IMG/VR virus record: IMGVR_UViG_3300032307_000369
Span: 181,551 to 245,550 of that record
DNA length: 64,000 bases
Reading direction: 5' to 3' (one strand)
Numbering within the stretch: the first letter of the stretch is position 1; the number at the start of each line of letters is the position of its first letter. The position numbers and the translations under genes are program-made. This document shows, in pieces, positions 59,828-64,000 of this stretch. Below the pieces are notes generated by a model. The model saw nothing but the letters and a program-made list of their open reading frames with translations, was not told where the DNA came from and searched no databases.

Positions 59828-61333
59828 ATGGCTAATATATTCACAAATTTCTTAAACAATGCCTCTGGTGACTTGGCGAATACCAATTTAAAAGATGCTA
59901 GACATGCCACTAGGCTGTTTGTGCAAAACTTTTATAGATTGGCTCCCAAACACGGATTTTTGTATTTTGTTCGATTTAGACTTAACCCAGAAGTGGCTAA
60001 TGCTGAAGCTTGGAGAACTAGCCGTCAAGATTTAGAACTAGGTATGTTGGTTAAAAAATGTGACTTGCCCAAAGTTACTTTTGAAGGTGGCACAGTTAAT
60101 GCCTATAACAAAAAACAACCAGTATATACCAAACTCACATATCAACCAATTAACATGGTCTTGCATGATGACAATGCAGGACTAGTAAGAAGTTTTTGGC
60201 AGTTGTATTATCAATATTATTCTGCAGACAGTTATTCAGGTGGGGCCAATCCTGCACCAGGTGCAGGAACTGTAAACTATATTAATAGATACATACGTCC
60301 AACACTACGTCCAAATGAACAACAAATAGCTCGTTCAAATCCAAGCGCAGGCAATTATTCAGATACAACAGATCCTGCACGTTATGGCTTGGACAGTGAT
60401 CCTGTAACACCACTAATACGTTCCATTGAAATATATCAGTTGAGTCGTAAGAACTTTTTCATGCACACGCTGATCAATCCAAAAATTAGAGCTTGGAACA
60501 TGGACACTGTGGCTAGTGATAAAAAAGATTTAATGGAACACAATGTTACTCTTGAATATGAGGGTATATATTTTGGTAAAGGCAGAGTCACACGTTTTAA
60601 TCCAGATGGTTGGACTGACTTACACTATGATTTAGATCCAAGTCCAATTGGTGGATTGTTTGGAAGAACTGACGGAACATTGTTTGGTCCATTTGGTTTA
60701 ATTGCAGACGGAACAACATTGTTCCAAGACTTACAAGGTATTGACAACGGTCAGCCAGTAGATCAAAGAACTGCACTTGCCATCCTACTTAAGTCTGCAA
60801 GATTAATAGGCAATGCAAGTAATTTAAATACGTCATTAGCAGAACAAGAAGTATTAAATGCCACACTAAATTCTGCAGGGTTTGGCATAACTGACACTGC
60901 AACTGGATCAGTAGTTGGTCTAGTAATCCCAAGTAACAATGTGACTAGCACTACCACAGTGGCACAACCAAGAAATGTAACACAGTCAACTGCTACACCA
61001 ACTACTACAACTACGACTACTACAACTTATAGTGATCCTTATTCAACACCTGATGGTAAACCAGTAAAAGTAAATAATGCAGATGTTGACACTGCCCTTA
61101 ATCAATTTTTAGCATCAAGTCCTTTTAATAGACAAGCATATAATAATCTTTCTGAAAATGACCAAATTGCGTTATACAATAAAGCAAATACAGCAATAAG
61201 TAATCCTGTTGTGCCTTATAGTGTTTATACCAGTGCAGATCAAGTTGCAGCCGCCAAAACGGGATATGCAAACAAAGTATTTTTAGAAAAATTACAAGCG
61301 GCAGCTATAAATTTAGCCGCTTACGGAACTTAA
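59828..61333 (+). CDS. Tube-fold baseplate protein (gp48/gp54-like)
   Basis: gp19-like N-terminal half (VKKCDLPK, YQPI...HDD, TLEYE); start at 59828 follows TAAATA at 59817-59822. The track start lies inside the terminator region. Confidence 0.6.
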   Translation: MANIFTNFLNNASGDLANTNLKDARHATRLFVQNFYRLAPKHGFLYFVRFRLNPEVANAEAWRTSRQDLELGMLVKKCDLPKVTFEGGTVNAYNKKQPVYTKLTYQPINMVLHDDNAGLVRSFWQLYYQYYSADSYSGGANPAPGAGTVNYINRYIRPTLRPNEQQIARSNPSAGNYSDTTDPARYGLDSDPVTPLIRSIEIYQLSRKNFFMHTLINPKIRAWNMDTVASDKKDLMEHNVTLEYEGIYFGKGRVTRFNPDGWTDLHYDLDPSPIGGLFGRTDGTLFGPFGLIADGTTLFQDLQGIDNGQPVDQRTALAILLKSARLIGNASNLNTSLAEQEVLNATLNSAGFGITDTATGSVVGLVIPSNNVTSTTTVAQPRNVTQSTATPTTTTTTTTTYSDPYSTPDGKPVKVNNADVDTALNQFLASSPFNRQAYNNLSENDQIALYNKANTAISNPVVPYSVYTSADQVAAAKTGYANKVFLEKLQAAAINLAAYGT

Positions 61334-61334
61334 T

Positions 61335-61709
61335 ATGGCAAACGTATATTCAAATTTACCTAGTAAAGAACTAAACAGTTTACAAAAAGTTGTTCAATAT
61401 TTTGACGGTTACTATACAGCACCAATTGATTTAGATGTTGAAAGCATTGACATGCTCACTGGCTTTTTTGAAAGCAAAGGGTTTGATCAATCTAGTGCTC
61501 AAAATATTACCTATGTAATTTTAAAAACAGCCAAACAAAGTAACTACAAAGCTCAAGAAATTATTGACGCCCTAAACAGTTACAACTCATTACAGCTAAA
61601 TGAATTCCTATTAAGTATACTAAATTACAATAGAATAAAAACTAGTAGTCTTGGTTTGATCAAGAAAGTTAATTCATTAGAGGCTATTGAACGCAATATA
61701 AGAGCATGA
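61335..61709 (+). CDS. Hypothetical protein
   Basis: 124-aa ORF coupled to its neighbours. Confidence 0.6.
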   Translation: MANVYSNLPSKELNSLQKVVQYFDGYYTAPIDLDVESIDMLTGFFESKGFDQSSAQNITYVILKTAKQSNYKAQEIIDALNSYNSLQLNEFLLSILNYNRIKTSSLGLIKKVNSLEAIERNIRA

Positions 61710-62146
61710 GTTTAAAGTTTGCCAAAGGAAAATTTACTTTAAAAAATCCTGACAAGTATGTGGGATTAAAAGAACCAACCTATAGAAGCAGTTGGGAATG
61801 GCATTTTATGCACATGTGTGACAACCATCCTAACATTACCAACTGGGCCAGTGAAGGTGTTAAGATTCCCTACAGATGCCCGTTGACACAAAAACAAACA
61901 GTATATGTTCCAGACTTCTTAATACAGTATGATGACAAGCGTGGTAAGAGAAGAACTGAACTAGTTGAAATAAAACCTGCCAACCAAATGATTGCAGAAA
62001 AGGTGGGCAAAAATGCATATAACCAAGCACAGTTTATAAAGAATCAAGCAAAGTGGGCGGCAGCTGGGGCCTGGTGTAAGCAGAATGGTATTGTCTTCAG
62101 GATAATTAATGAGGAAGACATTTTTCACAACGGAAAGAAAAAATGA
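61706..62146 (+). CDS. Head completion nuclease, T4 gp4-like (TnsA-type PD-(D/E)xK)
   Basis: NP.KY.G, YRSSWE..FM..CD, W.SE...IPY, YVPDF, EIKP and N.AKW.AA. Confidence 0.9.
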   Translation: MSLKFAKGKFTLKNPDKYVGLKEPTYRSSWEWHFMHMCDNHPNITNWASEGVKIPYRCPLTQKQTVYVPDFLIQYDDKRGKRRTELVEIKPANQMIAEKVGKNAYNQAQFIKNQAKWAAAGAWCKQNGIVFRIINEEDIFHNGKKK

Positions 62147-62634
62147 CCAAAAAATTAGAAGAACTGTTAGATTTGCCGCCTGTTGAAAATAAAAAAATTG
62201 CGGCAGAAATTATCGATCCAAAGAGTGTAGAAGAGCCTGCCGAAGACCGACTAAGAACTATTGAAGAATTTGATAAAATTAGTTCAGCACTACCGCAAGT
62301 CAAAGGGTTAGGTGACATGAGCGATGGTGAACTAGATGCACTAGCTCTTAGAGCCACTGAAGCCTACGACGATTTAATGGATTTAGGCATGAACGTAGAA
62401 GCACGTTATGGTCCTAGAATCTTTGAAGTTGCTAGTAGTATGCTAAAAAATGCTATCGATGCTAAAAGTGCTAAAATAGACAAAAAACTCAAAATGATTG
62501 AATTACAGCTTAAAAAGCAAGCATTAGACCAAAAAATGAATGGCATGGACGATCCAGGGGTAGTTGAAGGTAAGGCCTTTATTGTTTCAGACCGTAATAG
62601 TCTACTGCAAAAGTTAAAAAACATAGATAAATAA
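62143..62634 (+). CDS. Probable terminase small subunit (gp16-like)
   Basis: Helical; PRIFEVA..MLK motif and C-terminal DRNSLL; follows gp4. Confidence 0.55.
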   Translation: MTKKLEELLDLPPVENKKIAAEIIDPKSVEEPAEDRLRTIEEFDKISSALPQVKGLGDMSDGELDALALRATEAYDDLMDLGMNVEARYGPRIFEVASSMLKNAIDAKSAKIDKKLKMIELQLKKQALDQKMNGMDDPGVVEGKAFIVSDRNSLLQKLKNIDK

Positions 62635-62654
62635 ATTAAAGGGCCATTGATAAC

Positions 62655-63236
62655 ATGAAAACTTTAAAAGATTACATTACTGAATCGTTTAAACAACGAA
62701 AATACCAATTCAAGGTAAAAATTGCTGGTGACGTCTCAGAAGACCAAGAAAAAGCGATTAAGACTTTATTAGAAAAGTTTGGCATTGACAACTTTGCTAA
62801 GAACAGCACTACGCCAATTCAAAGTTTACCACTAGACTTTCCTACATTAAAAAACGTCAACGTAAACATTTATGACGTTTCTTTAAACTATCCAACAACA
62901 CCGTTTGAATTAAAAGAATATATTTGTGGCGGTGCTAAATTACACGCAAACCAAGTGGTAGTTAGAAATCCAGCAGAGCCAACAGAACAATATCAGCAAC
63001 CAGTTGAAAAACGTAAGGGTGCATTGTTAGATGATCCTAACTACAAAGAAGCTGATAAGATTAAAACTGATGACTACTATGGTACTAAGTTCAATCAAAA
63101 CTTGTTAAAAGAATTAGCTAAAGAAAGTAAACAACGTGCTAAGGACCGTGGAGAAAAGAATCCTACAGAAGGAACAAAGAGTTCTCCAGAGTACGCTGAG
63201 GGTGCTAGTACAAGTCCAATTAGCGGGAAGAAATAA
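62655..63236 (+). CDS. Hypothetical protein, candidate internal head protein
   Basis: N-terminus MKTLKDYITE resembles T4 capsid-targeting sequences; TAAATA at 62628-62633. Confidence 0.55.
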   Translation: MKTLKDYITESFKQRKYQFKVKIAGDVSEDQEKAIKTLLEKFGIDNFAKNSTTPIQSLPLDFPTLKNVNVNIYDVSLNYPTTPFELKEYICGGAKLHANQVVVRNPAEPTEQYQQPVEKRKGALLDDPNYKEADKIKTDDYYGTKFNQNLLKELAKESKQRAKDRGEKNPTEGTKSSPEYAEGASTSPISGKK

Positions 63237-63238
63237 TT

Positions 63239-64000
63239 ATGAATTTTAGAGAACTGTTTAGCAAATTAGATGAGCTTATGGTGCCAGGCGATGACCAACC
63301 AATGGCAGATAAAATGGGCAAGACAGATCCAATGTCAAAGCCAGAAGTTCCTGCACAAGACATGCAAAAACCAATTCCAGGTGCACAGCCTCAATTGGGT
63401 GCAAAGCCTACTATGGTTGCTCCAGCAGTTCCATTTGGTAACAAAGAACCTGAACCGCAAGCAGTTCCTGATCCAAAATCAGATATCAATGCCATGGCTC
63501 GTGCGTTGCAAGTTATGGCCATGCAAAACAAACAAAGCCCCGCAAATATTGGCATGCAATCTACACCAACAAGTGCAGAAAAAGCCATGCCAGTTGGTAC
63601 ACAATCCAAACAAACAATTGGTAGACCAGGCGAGCCATTAGAAGAAAAATCAGAACCAAAAGGCGACACAAGTCGAATCTGGCTTGATAGAAAACTTAGA
63701 CCAGGTAAAACAGTTGATAATTGGATTGCTGACATTAAGAAAGATCCAAAAGCATATTATTCGATTACTGATCCTAAAGAAAGAGAAGCAGTTAGAAAAA
63801 TTATAAATGATGGCGATGCAGATCTAATTAATAAGATAAAGGCTGCTAATCCAAATGCACCTGCTCCAGCACCTGTTACTGATCCAAAAGCCACAGCAAC
63901 TGATCCAAAAGCCACAGCAACTGATCCAAAAGCCACAGCAACTGATCCAAAAGCCACAGCAACTGATCCAAAAGCCACAGCAACTGATCCAAAAGCCACA
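63239..64000 (+). CDS. Pro/Ala-rich hypothetical protein (runs off the right edge)
   Basis: Not in the ORF track. Manual translation gives [17 protein letters not shown]...[19 protein letters not shown]..., open to the window end. Confidence 0.75.
   Translation, partial: MNFRELFSKLDELMVPGDDQPMADKMGKTDPMSKPEVPAQDMQKPIPGAQPQLGAKPTMVAPAVPFGNKEPEPQAVPDPKSDINAMARALQVMAMQNKQSPANIGMQSTPTSAEKAMPVGTQSKQTIGRPGEPLEEKSEPKGDTSRIWLDRKLRPGKTVDNWIADIKKDPKAYYSITDPKEREAVRKIINDGDADLINKIKAANPNAPAPAPVTDPKATATDPKATATDPKATATDPKATATDPKATATDPKAT
63878..64000 (+). repeat. Perfect 21-bp coding tandem repeat ACTGATCCAAAAGCCACAGCA (TDPKATA), at least 5.8 copies
   Basis: Read directly; truncated by the window end. Confidence 0.95.

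Noticed and set aside
63270-63999. Track ORFs 63270-63641 (+), 63391-63735 (-) and 63757-63999 (-)
   Set aside because: They are off-frame or antisense to the ORF starting at 63239, which runs off the window.
63878-64000. Possible CRISPR array
   Set aside because: The 21-bp units are head-to-tail with no spacers and lie in frame within an ORF; no cas genes are present.
1-64000. Stop-codon reassignment, tRNAs, introns or inteins
   Set aside because: Core genes are full length and uninterrupted in the standard code; I saw no cloverleaf or splicing motifs by eye (a tRNAscan/Infernal run would be definitive).

Overview
This 64 kb window is the virion-morphogenesis region of a large T4-like (Tevenvirinae-type) myophage, read in the standard genetic code with dense coding. 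Left to right it holds: a truncated gp26-like baseplate hub gene (- strand); a tape-measure-like gene; the head cluster (portal gp20, core/scaffold, protease gp21, gp22, capsid gp23); about 25 kb of fibre/adhesin genes, including a 3381-aa giant; a tailoring-enzyme cassette behind a sigma70-type promoter (U32-like/methyltransferase fusion, flavin-dependent halogenase, two 2OG-Fe(II) oxygenases); a - strand fibre operon (subtilase, PA14 adhesin, S74-chaperone fibre, cupredoxin-motif fibre) behind neck genes gp15/gp14; and finally gp13, dNMP kinase, a degenerate HNH gene, sheath gp18, tube gp19, gp4, small terminase and candidate internal head proteins. TAAATA late-promoter boxes precede most structural units. 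The most notable observations are phycobiliprotein-like CxRD helical repeats in the giant fibre, three type-1-copper (amicyanin-like) motifs on fibre-operon proteins, a shared beta-helix chassis carrying swappable inserts, and the adjacent halogenase/hydroxylase cassette. All product calls come from motif recognition by eye; no database search was run.
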